Part shown: positions 18,376 through 28,558 of the stretch, piece after piece | How positions within the stretch are numbered: position 1 is the stretch's first letter | Layout of the letters: every line of letters starts with the position of its first letter | The notes under the pieces: generated by a model | The model's database searches: none | Told to the model about the DNA's origin: nothing | What the model saw: only the letters and a program-made list of their open reading frames with translations | Position numbers and translations under genes: made by a program | Origin: a virus | Taxonomy: Duplodnaviria; Caudoviricetes | DNA length: 64,000 nt | Reading direction: 5' to 3' (one strand) | Virus record (IMG/VR): IMGVR_UViG_3300028735_000004 | Coordinates: 32,001-96,000 of that record

Positions 18376-20898
18376 TTATAATATTAAAGCAGCTTCTGTT
18401 GCAAGGGGAGATCTTTCACCCTTTGTAAAAGTAATATGTCCGGCAAGATTAGAGTTTTTAAATTTCTCTACAACATAACTTAAACCATTATTTGTTGCAT
18501 CTAAATAATTATTATCTATTTGTTGAATATCTCCGGTAAGAATTATCTTACTGCCGTTTCCAGCCCTTGTGAGGATAGTTTTCATTTCATCTTTAGATAA
18601 ATTTTGCGATTCATCTATAAGAATAATTGAATTAGGTATGCTACGACCACGAATGTAAGCAATTGCCTCCATCTGAACCTGATCTGCAAATGGACCTAAT
18701 TTATCAAGCCAATTTCCATTTTTCTTACCTTTAGAGGCCAATAGAAAATCAAAAGCATCTATGATTGGTGTCATATAAGGCATTAATTTGTCATCTATGG
18801 AGCCAGGCAAATAACCTATATCATTTCCGACTACTTGAATTGGTCGATAGATAATAAAATTATCATATTGTTTTTTATTAATTAATAAATCTAAAGCGCA
18901 AGCAACAGAGACAATTGTATTATGAGTTATAATACAGTTATTTGTCATATATAAATGATCTTTATCATCTATCATTATACACTGGGCTTGTTTTTTACCA
19001 ATTAATTCAATATTAGTAATATATCTTATTGGATAAGATTTAGTTCTATTTTTAACCCTATTTAATTTTCTTTTTAGTTTAAAAGGTTTAATTTCATTTG
19101 GTAAAACTATCCTTAATCTATAACAATCTTTACAATATTTTTTTACCCCATCATCTTTAGTGTAATATGATTTTTTAATACCTAATGATGCAGTTCCTCC
19201 AAGACTTTCAACTAACCATCTTGCATCTTCAGCAAGTTGTTTACTCGTTGTATAAAATTCAATACTTCCAGATGATGATATGGTTCCATCAGTATCTAAC
19301 AGTCCTTGTAATAATTCTATTCTATCAGATATTGAAGAATATTTATATTCGTTTGGAATAAATTTTCCATCAGATTTTTGCATCCATAAATTAACACTTT
19401 TAAGATAATTAACCAACACATTGGTGCTATTTTTATCTAAATATTTCCAATTATTGTTAATATATGACTTATTTTTAATTAATGATTTATATAACATACT
19501 TTTTGAACATTCAAAATTTATAACAGCATCTTCTACAGAATTATAAATAACTTCATTACCATTAATATCAGTAGATGATATTTTTTTAGCATTTTTAACT
19601 TTATTATTTGCACCGATTATTGGATAATTATATTTTTTTATAGAGTTAAATTTTATCTTTAAATTAATTTCATTTAACTCATTATTAACATTCTGTGTTA
19701 TTTCCTCATCATTGCTTGTTAAATTTAAATTATATCTAAATGAACCGTCTCCCAATAAAACACCAAAGGTATATGGTTTAACAGGTAGATTTTTTTTCTC
19801 AAATTCTATAGGTTTAGTTATGGGTATACTGTGATTTTTTTTACCTCTATACATAAGAGTTTGAGATATTTCTTTAGTAGTTCTAACTTTACCTTCTTTT
19901 TTATTATCTCTCTCTACAGATGTTTTAGTTAACCACAAATGATCCTCGCAGCATTCAGTAGATGTTCCATCACTAAATGTAATTTTATAAATATCTTTTT
20001 CTCCTTGTGGAAATATACCGATTATAGCGGCAGATTTACCGTTTGGAGTAGATACTAAATCACCTACTTTAAAATCCCCCATTTTTTTAAAACCAGTTGG
20101 AGTTAAAATTATAGCATCTAATGGTTGTGCCTTACCAGAACCAGCCATTCCTATTAAACTAACAAGCGGAATATTTGGATCCATTAATAAATCAGCTGCG
20201 TATAATTGTTCTTTATTTCTTAATGATAATCCCCACGGTTCAATTGAATCTACTCTTTGAATGACATCATCAAGAATTAATCGTCCTGAACAAATATTCT
20301 TACCTTTATCATCTTGAAATAAAACGAATTGATGAGGAAATAATTCTAAGCCGTGCTCCTTCATATCAATAAATTGTTTATTTAACAATTCTCTTCCGGC
20401 AGTTTCATTTTTAATAACTACACATCCAGTATACATATCATCGGATTGTATCTTATCTTTCTCATAATCTTGAGCAGTTAATCCAAATGCTCTTGCTCTT
20501 GTTCGTAAATTTATATCCTTAGAAACTAAAATAACTTTTTGATTTGGATTTTGATCTCTAATGGCAATTGCACATCCTAAAATTTTTGAATCACCATAAG
20601 TAGGATCTATACCAACAGCACTGTATCCAGATATATCTATTTTTAGTGTTATACCATTTTCTATATCAATACCTGTATGTAAATCACCTTGACCAGAAAT
20701 ATCGTCTAACAATCTAATTGCTACTCGTGCATTTTTTCCTGCTTCATTTGGTAATTTTTTTATTTTATCTAATTCTTCTAAAATGATAATTGGTAGAATA
20801 ACTATATTATCTCTAAAGTCCTTAAAAGCTTGTGGGTGGTATGCTAAAACAGATGTATCTAAAACAAAAATTTTTTTATCGCTCATTATTTTTCTCAA
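18376..20898 (-). CDS. phoH: PIN-domain PhoH-family ATPase interrupted by an intein
   Basis: FVLDTSVL PIN motif. Walker A GMAGSGK|T is split by the intein. IRGRSIPNSIILIDESQN and LTGDIQQID follow. Confidence 0.92.
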   Translation of the reverse strand: MRKIMSDKKIFVLDTSVLAYHPQAFKDFRDNIVILPIIILEELDKIKKLPNEAGKNARVAIRLLDDISGQGDLHTGIDIENGITLKIDISGYSAVGIDPTYGDSKILGCAIAIRDQNPNQKVILVSKDINLRTRARAFGLTAQDYEKDKIQSDDMYTGCVVIKNETAGRELLNKQFIDMKEHGLELFPHQFVLFQDDKGKNICSGRLILDDVIQRVDSIEPWGLSLRNKEQLYAADLLMDPNIPLVSLIGMAGSGKAQPLDAIILTPTGFKKMGDFKVGDLVSTPNGKSAAIIGIFPQGEKDIYKITFSDGTSTECCEDHLWLTKTSVERDNKKEGKVRTTKEISQTLMYRGKKNHSIPITKPIEFEKKNLPVKPYTFGVLLGDGSFRYNLNLTSNDEEITQNVNNELNEINLKIKFNSIKKYNYPIIGANNKVKNAKKISSTDINGNEVIYNSVEDAVINFECSKSMLYKSLIKNKSYINNNWKYLDKNSTNVLVNYLKSVNLWMQKSDGKFIPNEYKYSSISDRIELLQGLLDTDGTISSSGSIEFYTTSKQLAEDARWLVESLGGTASLGIKKSYYTKDDGVKKYCKDCYRLRIVLPNEIKPFKLKRKLNRVKNRTKSYPIRYITNIELIGKKQAQCIMIDDKDHLYMTNNCIITHNTIVSVACALDLLINKKQYDNFIIYRPIQVVGNDIGYLPGSIDDKLMPYMTPIIDAFDFLLASKGKKNGNWLDKLGPFADQVQMEAIAYIRGRSIPNSIILIDESQNLSKDEMKTILTRAGNGSKIILTGDIQQIDNNYLDATNNGLSYVVEKFKNSNLAGHITFTKGERSPLATEAALIL
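18919..20130 (-). mobile_element. Class 3 (Ala1, WCT-type) intein with LAGLIDADG endonuclease
   Basis: Begins AQPLDAIILTPTG. Block B EDHLW, block F AQCIMID, ends IITHN with +1 Thr. Endonuclease motifs GVLLGDG and GLLDTDG. Confidence 0.9.
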
Positions 20899-21244
20899 AT
20901 ATTGTCCAAAAGTTAATGTCCATCTCTAAGTATATTTTTTTTCTATCATCTATTTCCGATAAATCCTCCTTTAATTTAAATTTAGGTTTATAAAATTCTG
21001 CTATTAAATCAGATCCAACATAAACTTTTAATCCACCATCCATATCATCTATAACAGACATATTGTAATGTTCTAATACTTTTCTATATTTTATTTTTTC
21101 CTCTACAGAAACTAAAAAACCCTCAGAATTCCATTCAAAAGGAATATCAAGGGTTTCAAATAACATCCGAACAAATTTAAATTGTTCTTCTGTTTGAATT
21201 TTGTCAGTATCTTCGTTTCTATTTAAAAGTATGGTATATTGCAC
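20876..21244 (-). CDS. Hypothetical protein
   Basis: ORF between nrdJ and phoH. Confidence 0.65.
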   Translation of the reverse strand: MQYTILLNRNEDTDKIQTEEQFKFVRMLFETLDIPFEWNSEGFLVSVEEKIKYRKVLEHYNMSVIDDMDGGLKVYVGSDLIAEFYKPKFKLKEDLSEIDDRKKIYLEMDINFWTIFEKNNER

Positions 21245-21277
21245 ACTTAAAGAAATACAATATTATTAGTTTAAATT

Positions 21278-24200
21278 TTAACACTTACTATAGCCACAAC
21301 TCTTACAGCTTAAACAACCTTCTTGATATGTTAAGCCGCCTTCTGTTTTGCAGGATGGGCACATTTTTTCGGAAGAAGTTGTTCCATCTTTTATATAAGA
21401 TTTTAATACTCTTGCCATTACTTTTGAGAAAGAAGTAATATCGGAATATTTATCTTTTTGTAGTTGTTCAACTATAAAGTTAATTGGAACACCGTGGCGC
21501 AAACTTAATGAGATTGCTCTTGACAAAGATCCATAATTTGGATTTTCAAAGATACTTGCTATATCATTAATTTTCATTTCCTCATCATCTTTACCAACAA
21601 TTAAATTATAAGTTGTAATACCATCTATCTTACCATTCTTAACAATTTGTCCATTTTTATGTTTATTTGGAATATCAACATATTTAGATAATCCACCGAA
21701 TACTTCATATGGCTTACCATTTAACATACCTATAAAGAATGTCCAACTTTCTCCTTGAATTTTTGCTTTTTTAATTTCACATTCCAATACTTCTGGACGC
21801 TTGGGTGCCATAACATAATTGATATCTTGAGGACGACCAGCTTTATCTTTTGCATTTTGTTTATTATGGGTTTCTTCACTTACCAATACGCCGGTTCTAC
21901 ATCCATCTCTATATACAGTAAAACCTTTGCATCCACTTTCCCAAGCTCTCATATACACATCAGAAACTAATTCTTTAGTCGCTGAATTAGGAAGATTGCA
22001 AGTTTTAGAAATTGAATGATCAATATATTTTTGTGCTGCTGCTTGAATATCAACTGATGCTACCCAATCAATTTCGTTTGATGTTGCACCAGCATATGGA
22101 GATTTGCTTATATCTGTTTCTCCAGTAATATCCATCCAGTTTTTAACACCGTGATGATAAACAGTAAATTCTTGCCATTTATCACCCATATGATCTACGA
22201 AATCCACGCGCGCAAATTTATCAGATGGGTTAATTTTTTTACGACGAATATAAGATAACAAAAATGCTGGTTCAATTCCAGATGTTGTTTGAGTTAAAGT
22301 TGAAACACTTCCGGTTGGAGCAGTAGTTGTTAAAGCAATATTTCTACGACCGTAATTTTTCCATAACTCTAAAACATCATCTCCACATTCGGATAATAAT
22401 TTATTTAAATATTTATGATCTTTTTCTTTATTATAATTAAAAACCGGAAATGCACCTCTTTCTTTTGCCATTATACAAGATGATGTGTGCGCTCCAATTG
22501 CCAGATGTTTATAAATTTTTTCAGTCATTTTAATTGATTCTTTAGATCCATAAACAATTCCTAAAGCAGCTAAAGTATCGCCGAGAGCCGTAATACCCAG
22601 ACCAGTTCTTCTTCCTCCTTTATTTGCTTTTAGTATTTTTTTCCATAAATTAAGCTCTACGGCTTTTACTTCAATCTCTTCCGGATCTTCTTCAACTTTC
22701 TTAATAATTGATTCTATTTTTTCAATCTCAAGATCAATTAAATCATCCATAAGTCTTTGTGCTTTAATAGTATGTTCTTTAAATAAATCAAAATTAAATT
22801 TTGCTTTTGATGTAAAAGGTTTATCAACATAAGATAATAAATTAAGAACCATTAATCTGCAAGCATCATATGCACTTAAAACAATCTCCCCACAGTTTTT
22901 TATACATAATCCGGATGAAGTAATAAAATTATTATCATCATAAGATGTAATTATGTGATAATTATGATTATCATCTACAGTAATATTATAAACATCTTCA
23001 TAACCATAAAATTCAACAGAAACTACTTTATGATTATTTGCTACTTGATTTTTAAAATTAGCGAAACTACCAAATCTTGCTTTATTACCTAAATATGTAG
23101 GCAATCCATTTTCTTTTGCGTAATTAAACCAATTTTTATAAGTTAATTTGCCTTGTTCTTTAAATATTTTTTTACCATGTTCAATAAGATCGTTATTAGA
23201 TATATTTATCCATTTAGGATTTTTTTCTCCAGGATGAGATGCAAAATTATGCTTCCATTCATCACTCATTCTATGATATGGATTGTTATCTCCTATCATT
23301 TTTTCAGAATGTAATTTTTGATGCTCATTGTGTGTCATAATTTGCAAATTATCTATACAATCATTATAACTATTAAAATCTTTATGATGAATAGCATATT
23401 GTGTAGTATCAATATTTTGATTATAAAATTCATAAATTAATCTACATTGACTACGATTTCTTCTTGCCCCTCCGGACATCTTCTCTCCGGTATTAGAAAT
23501 CTGTCTATATCCATTAGAATTAAAAGAATAAAATGGAAATACAGATGTTCCAGGAGTTAAATCTTTTAATTTAATGTATTGTAAATTTTTAGTAAGAATT
23601 TTGTGATTTGGAGTTGCTATTAATATAGAACCGTCATCTAATACAAGTTTCCAAACTTCAGATTTTTCACCAGTTTTTCTTGGATTTCTTCCCATTTTTA
23701 TTTCTACTTTACCAGTTTGTAAATTAGTGGAATAAACCGGAACATCTTTACCTTCTTTAGCAAGAGTTTCAATAGATACGGCGTTTCTACCATCAGCAAC
23801 TGCTATTAAAGTAGAGCCGACAATGCAAGGATTCGTTGAGATGCTTTTGTACCCCTCCTCAGAATAAATATCAGCCGGAGTGTCTTCTTCTACTTTTGAC
23901 CAAAACAATAAACCAGGTTCAGCAGATGCCCACGCAGAATCGATAATTTGATCCCATATTTCTTTTGCTTTTACGATTTTAGTTATTTTTGCTTCCTCTG
24001 GATTTTTATCTACCGGCCATCTTAATGTATATTCTTGATCTTTTTTGACGGCATTCATAAATTCATCATTAAGTTTTATTGAAATATTAGCGCCTGTTAC
24101 TTTTTTTAAATCTCTTTTAATATTAATAAAAGTTTCTATTTCTGGATGATTGACTGATATGGTAATCATTTCTGCACCACGGCGTCCATTCATAGCAACT

Positions 24201-24721
24201 TCTCTACAAGTATTGCTGAATCTTTCCATAAATACACCAATACCATCTGTAGTTTTGGCAGCATTAGAAGTTAACATTCCTTTTGGTCTAATACCAGAAA
24301 TATCTAAACCACAACCTCCTCTTCTTTTAAATACTTGGGCTAATTCCTGATCGGCCAACATTATGCCACCGTAAGAATCTAATTTTTCAGAATGAACTCC
24401 TTGAATAACAAAACAATTGCTTAAACTTTGTAATTGATAATTATTTGCAATTGCTGACATCGGACTTCCCTGAGGAACAATATATTTAAAACCATCTAAT
24501 AAATTAAATATTTCATCTTCGCTCATAGGATTGGGATAATTTAATTCAATACGAGCAAATTCTTTCGCGAGCCTTTTATGCATATCTTTTGGAGTTAATT
24601 CCAAATACTCTCCATTATTATTTTGAAGAGCATATTTATCAACGAATACTTTTGCGGCTAACTCATCTCCCTTGAAGTATTCTACTGATGCATTAAAAGC
24701 TTGATCGTATGTATATGTCAT
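21278..24721 (-). CDS. nrdJ: Class II (B12-dependent) ribonucleotide reductase interrupted by an intein
   Basis: LSNCFVI, RRGAEM, TNP|CGE, RRTGLGITALGD, TTAPTGSVS, SISKTCNLP, KGFTVYRDGCR and a C-terminal zinc ribbon. Likely ATG at 24721 after GGAG. Confidence 0.93.
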   Translation of the reverse strand: MTYTYDQAFNASVEYFKGDELAAKVFVDKYALQNNNGEYLELTPKDMHKRLAKEFARIELNYPNPMSEDEIFNLLDGFKYIVPQGSPMSAIANNYQLQSLSNCFVIQGVHSEKLDSYGGIMLADQELAQVFKRRGGCGLDISGIRPKGMLTSNAAKTTDGIGVFMERFSNTCREVAMNGRRGAEMITISVNHPEIETFINIKRDLKKVTGANISIKLNDEFMNAVKKDQEYTLRWPVDKNPEEAKITKIVKAKEIWDQIIDSAWASAEPGLLFWSKVEEDTPADIYSEEGYKSISTNPCIVGSTLIAVADGRNAVSIETLAKEGKDVPVYSTNLQTGKVEIKMGRNPRKTGEKSEVWKLVLDDGSILIATPNHKILTKNLQYIKLKDLTPGTSVFPFYSFNSNGYRQISNTGEKMSGGARRNRSQCRLIYEFYNQNIDTTQYAIHHKDFNSYNDCIDNLQIMTHNEHQKLHSEKMIGDNNPYHRMSDEWKHNFASHPGEKNPKWINISNNDLIEHGKKIFKEQGKLTYKNWFNYAKENGLPTYLGNKARFGSFANFKNQVANNHKVVSVEFYGYEDVYNITVDDNHNYHIITSYDDNNFITSSGLCIKNCGEIVLSAYDACRLMVLNLLSYVDKPFTSKAKFNFDLFKEHTIKAQRLMDDLIDLEIEKIESIIKKVEEDPEEIEVKAVELNLWKKILKANKGGRRTGLGITALGDTLAALGIVYGSKESIKMTEKIYKHLAIGAHTSSCIMAKERGAFPVFNYNKEKDHKYLNKLLSECGDDVLELWKNYGRRNIALTTTAPTGSVSTLTQTTSGIEPAFLLSYIRRKKINPSDKFARVDFVDHMGDKWQEFTVYHHGVKNWMDITGETDISKSPYAGATSNEIDWVASVDIQAAAQKYIDHSISKTCNLPNSATKELVSDVYMRAWESGCKGFTVYRDGCRTGVLVSEETHNKQNAKDKAGRPQDINYVMAPKRPEVLECEIKKAKIQGESWTFFIGMLNGKPYEVFGGLSKYVDIPNKHKNGQIVKNGKIDGITTYNLIVGKDDEEMKINDIASIFENPNYGSLSRAISLSLRHGVPINFIVEQLQKDKYSDITSFSKVMARVLKSYIKDGTTSSEKMCPSCKTEGGLTYQEGCLSCKSCGYSKC
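22895..23827 (-). mobile_element. Intein with HNH endonuclease inserted before the thiyl-radical Cys of NrdJ
   Basis: Starts CIVGSTLIAVADG, block B ATPNHKIL, HNH motif IHHKDFNSYNDCIDNL..H, ends GLCIKN with +1 Cys. Confidence 0.9.
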
Positions 24722-24791
24722 TTTTTCTCCGTTTAGATACAAAAATCCCTACTTCATAAAATATATTTATAATATTATTATGAAAATATTT

Positions 24792-25421
24792 TTAAAGTTT
24801 AATTTTTTGTTTTATGATGCTCATTGCTGTATCAATTGCTTTTACACAATGAGATCTTGATAGATTTAATTTTTTGCAAATCTTATTAATGGACATTGGT
24901 TTGTCGCCATCTATTCCAAAAGCATAATTTAATATTGTTTTTTGATCTGCTGATAAAAATTTCATTGCTTCTTGAATTGCTTTTTGCACTTGAGCTTGTT
25001 CTAAATTTTTATCTGGACAAAATCTATTTTCAATAATAGTTGGCAAGATGCTTTCCTTATGGGGAGTATTTTCTTTTGCAAATTTTAAAGGAAATCTAAT
25101 AGTTGTATGTAAATTAGCGCTTCTTGCAATTCTTGTTTCAATATATTTATGTCCCCACCAGAAAAATGAACCTTTTGATGGATCATAATTTTCCATAGCC
25201 TTAATTAAAGCTTCATACCCCTCTTGATTTAAATCCTCATAATTCGGAAAATTTTTATATCTTCCGGTGCGCATTGTAATTAAATATTTAAATTTTTCTA
25301 CACATAAACTATGGTGTTTTTTATATTTTTTAATAATATTTTTATCATTTGTTTGTTTAACTTCATTTCTTAAGTGTATCAATTCATTAATTAAATTATT
25401 TGCTTCTTTTTCTGTTAACAT
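24792..25421 (-). CDS. Phage sigma-70 family RNA polymerase sigma factor
   Basis: YEDLNQEGYEALIKAMENYDPSKG (region 2) and C-terminal HTH SINKICKKLNLSRSHC (region 4). Confidence 0.85.
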   Translation of the reverse strand: MLTEKEANNLINELIHLRNEVKQTNDKNIIKKYKKHHSLCVEKFKYLITMRTGRYKNFPNYEDLNQEGYEALIKAMENYDPSKGSFFWWGHKYIETRIARSANLHTTIRFPLKFAKENTPHKESILPTIIENRFCPDKNLEQAQVQKAIQEAMKFLSADQKTILNYAFGIDGDKPMSINKICKKLNLSRSHCVKAIDTAMSIIKQKIKL

Positions 25422-25525
25422 ACATAAACCTCTTAATTTATTGCAAAAATAAAAAATAATAAATATATTATAAGTATAATATTAACTTGCTGCTTACTGG
25501 TATAAATTATACTTTAATATTACTA

Positions 25526-25660
25526 TTAATTTACATCTTCTTCTAACATCTCTATAATTGATTCGAGAGAAGAATGAATGATTTCAATATCTTTAATTGA
25601 TAATAAAAATCGTAAAATTTTTATTATTTTAATTAATTTAGCGTCATCTATATTTGACAT
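25526..25660 (-). CDS. Small hypothetical protein missing from the ORF track (MSNIDDAKLIKII...EEDVN, 44 aa)
   Basis: Read manually. The ATG directly follows the stop of 25661-25855. Confidence 0.55.
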   Translation of the reverse strand: MSNIDDAKLIKIIKILRFLLSIKDIEIIHSSLESIIEMLEEDVN

Positions 25661-25855
25661 TTACTTAGAATATTTATCTTTAGCCCAACATCCGCCTATT
25701 AAGATAAAATTAGATTTAGATATCAATCTTTTTGGGACTGATTTTACATCTTTTTCTAAGCAATGGGGGCACTGTTCTAATGGTGGATCTTTTATTGATT
25801 GTTGTACTTCAAATTCTGTGTTGCAAGTCTCACAAACATAATCATAATATGGCAT
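25661..25855 (-). CDS. FmdB-family zinc-ribbon protein
   Basis: MPYYDYVCETC..FEVQQSI..CPHC..RLIS..F.L.GG.W. Confidence 0.85.
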   Translation of the reverse strand: MPYYDYVCETCNTEFEVQQSIKDPPLEQCPHCLEKDVKSVPKRLISKSNFILIGGCWAKDKYSK

Positions 25856-25864
25856 ATGTCAACC

Positions 25865-26173
25865 TCATAGTAAATTCAAATATTTAGATATTATTTCTTT
25901 TCCGTCATAAACACTTAATACTTTAACAAAATTAGTTTCAGATATATTTTTTTGATATTTAATTATACAAAAATTATCAGCGATATGAGTTGTTTTGTTT
26001 AATTCATTTAATAATGAATTTTTTAATTTAGAATAAAAAATATCTTTATCGCCACTTTCTCCGTGCTTTAAACATAAAAGATTGTTTAATTCTTTATTTT
26101 TATCATAAGATTTATTAAACAAAAACTTATCAACAATTGAATAATAAATATTATTGTTTAATTTGACTTTCAT
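25865..26173 (-). CDS. Hypothetical protein
   Basis: AT-rich ORF between two FmdB-like genes. Confidence 0.5.
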   Translation of the reverse strand: MKVKLNNNIYYSIVDKFLFNKSYDKNKELNNLLCLKHGESGDKDIFYSKLKNSLLNELNKTTHIADNFCIIKYQKNISETNFVKVLSVYDGKEIISKYLNLL

Positions 26174-26475
26174 CTAAACTTTCCATCGTATTTAGGGCCG
26201 ATGATATTGGCCATTAATTTTTCGTTTTTATAAACTTCTTTTTTAAATGACGCTATATCTTGTTTTAATTTTTCTTTTGATTCTTGAGCCCCTAATTCTA
26301 CTTTACCCTTACCAGACCCACCACTTATTAACTTTTTTACAGGAATACCAGGCGTTCCTTCTTTTTCGCAATGAGGACAAAAATTAATTTCTGCTTTGAT
26401 AGAATGAAATTCCTCAAATTCTCCGTGATTTTTTTCTTTATCTGGATTTAAACATTTGTATTCATAAGTTGGCAT
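26170..26475 (-). CDS. FmdB-family zinc-ribbon protein (C..H/CxxC variant)
   Basis: MPTYEYKC....HGEFEEFHSI..CPHC..KKLIS. Confidence 0.78.
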   Translation of the reverse strand: MPTYEYKCLNPDKEKNHGEFEEFHSIKAEINFCPHCEKEGTPGIPVKKLISGGSGKGKVELGAQESKEKLKQDIASFKKEVYKNEKLMANIIGPKYDGKFR

Positions 26476-27173
26476 TATTTTTCCCTATTAATCCAATCAC
26501 TTTCCCATATTGATATAACCTTGTATCCAGCTTTTTTCAAAATTTTTTCTTTTTTAATTGTTCTTTTATACAATTCTCCGAAGGTAGTGCCGGTTTTGCT
26601 ATTTATTTCGTTTTTATCATATATTTTAGGATTTCCGTGCCAAAAATCCCCGTAAAATTCATAAACTGTATTGGTTTTAGAATCAAATCCATCTACTTTA
26701 TATTTTTTATTATTTATCTCTAATATTGTTTGCCTATTTTTCTTTGGTATTTTTAATGAATTCAACCATAATGTTTCTATTTTAGATATAGATTTATTTG
26801 AACATCTTGGACATCCTTTGCCTCTTAAATGATTTCTGGCAATTTGTTCAAACACCCCATGAATTAAGCATTTTATATTAACTTTTTTATGAGCAGATAA
26901 ATAATTTACCAAACTATAATCATATTTATTTTTATGAATTTTTTGAGCCGCGTTAATAAACTGACTATTTGTTTTTCTTTTAGTGCCATAGCATTTAGGG
27001 CATCCGTGACCCGCCAAATGATCTTTTGCTATCTGCTCAAATAATTTATGTTTTTTACATCCAATTAAAATTCTGGATCTTACGCCTTTATACACTACGA
27101 AAGTATAAATGTATTGATTTTTATGAATTATATTCGCTCTTTCAATAAATTCTTTTTGAGTTATTTTTTTCAT
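26475..27173 (-). CDS. Putative homing endonuclease (two C..H..CxxC zinc modules plus PD-(D/E)xK/Vsr-like nuclease)
   Basis: Repeated CxxHG.F.Q....HL.G.GCPKC modules, then KVDG..VYEFYGDFWHG..GYKVISIWE. Confidence 0.75.
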   Translation of the reverse strand: MKKITQKEFIERANIIHKNQYIYTFVVYKGVRSRILIGCKKHKLFEQIAKDHLAGHGCPKCYGTKRKTNSQFINAAQKIHKNKYDYSLVNYLSAHKKVNIKCLIHGVFEQIARNHLRGKGCPRCSNKSISKIETLWLNSLKIPKKNRQTILEINNKKYKVDGFDSKTNTVYEFYGDFWHGNPKIYDKNEINSKTGTTFGELYKRTIKKEKILKKAGYKVISIWESDWINREK

Positions 27174-28540
27174 TAATCACTTAAATAAGAACTAATATCG
27201 TCTGGATTTGATCCTTCAACAAATTGTTTATCTATCATAGCGCAACAAGATAAATCTTTATGAAGCTTAAATGCACCAAGCTCTGTTCTACGAGATTTGA
27301 TTAAATGAAGGCTTACATCCGTACATTCTTGTTCATTTTTACGCTTTTCTATTTGAATAACGAAGTTTGCGTTGTGGGCTATCTGTTTGCTTCTTGAAAT
27401 ACGATGCAATCCTATGGCAGTTTCTCCAGGCTTTGGTTGTCCTATATTGTTTAACTGAAATGCACTTAACATAACAACATCGTGCACCCTACCAAATTCG
27501 TGAAGTTGCTCACTAATTTTTGCATATTTTAACCAATCCTCTGTTTCGGTACCTTCATAATCCATTAAACCCAAATAATCGACTACAACAACAGATGGTT
27601 TTCTTCTACGCATACAAACATCATTAAATATTAATTCTATAGTTTCAATGGTTGCGCCACGAGGTACATCAACAATTTCTAAATCATAAGGATATCGATC
27701 TATAAATTTAAGCGCCTCTGACATTTTTGAACTTTCTTCATCATCTAATTTGGCGTCTCTAATTTTTTTCTGAGGAACCATAGCCAATCTTGAAACCATA
27801 CGATCTTGACAATCTTCTAAAGGCATCTCTAAAGAAAAATATAATACATCACAACCTTCTTTAAAATTTTGCTCCATCTCTATAGTGTTGCCCTGAAGCC
27901 ACATATTGATAGCCATATTCATCAATAACATAGATTTACCGGAGCCGGTTTCGCCACCTATCAGCATTAACTCCCCGTTCCTTAAGCCTCCTAATGTAAA
28001 ATCTAACCAGCTCAAGCCAGTCAATGTACCGATACCAAAATTAGGATTTTCTAATTTAGCTCGATATCGCATTTTAAAATCTCTCAAACCTTCTTTTAAG
28101 GTAGATTGATTATATGCTTTAACACTATCTAATCCTTTAATATTTTGTAAAGTATTTTGAATTTCATTGACATTTTTACTAATATTGATTTCGTTAGATA
28201 AACTCTCTCTTAATTTATTTAATAACTGCTCTGAAAATCGATTTTTAAATTTTTCAAGATCATGCACATATTCGGTGTCATCGTATTGAACTTTATCTAA
28301 CTGATCTAAAATATCATTTATATATTTAATAAATGTTTCATTTTTTGACGCTAAGGCTTTTTCTTTTAAAATTCTATTTGTTGGAACATTTTTATATATT
28401 CTTAAATAGTCAATTACAGTTTTTGCAAATCTTAAATATTTGGGTGCAAATATATTTTCTTTAAATTGACTGGCAAACTCCAAACCATATTTTTTGTTTG
28501 TTGTTAATACTTTAAGAATAACTAAATCTAAGTCGTGCAT
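27173..28540 (-). CDS. dnaB: DnaB-like replicative helicase
   Basis: GGETGSGKS Walker A, YFSLEM, VVVVDYLGL, LSAFQLN and ISRSKQIAHNA. Confidence 0.88.
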   Translation of the reverse strand: MHDLDLVILKVLTTNKKYGLEFASQFKENIFAPKYLRFAKTVIDYLRIYKNVPTNRILKEKALASKNETFIKYINDILDQLDKVQYDDTEYVHDLEKFKNRFSEQLLNKLRESLSNEINISKNVNEIQNTLQNIKGLDSVKAYNQSTLKEGLRDFKMRYRAKLENPNFGIGTLTGLSWLDFTLGGLRNGELMLIGGETGSGKSMLLMNMAINMWLQGNTIEMEQNFKEGCDVLYFSLEMPLEDCQDRMVSRLAMVPQKKIRDAKLDDEESSKMSEALKFIDRYPYDLEIVDVPRGATIETIELIFNDVCMRRRKPSVVVVDYLGLMDYEGTETEDWLKYAKISEQLHEFGRVHDVVMLSAFQLNNIGQPKPGETAIGLHRISRSKQIAHNANFVIQIEKRKNEQECTDVSLHLIKSRRTELGAFKLHKDLSCCAMIDKQFVEGSNPDDISSYLSD

Positions 28541-28558
28541 TATGCCTCGTATATATAC

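Noticed and set aside
24745-24790. Cobalamin riboswitch or NrdR box upstream of nrdJ
   Set aside because: The gap is too short for a riboswitch and contains only an AT-rich imperfect palindrome with no convincing consensus match.
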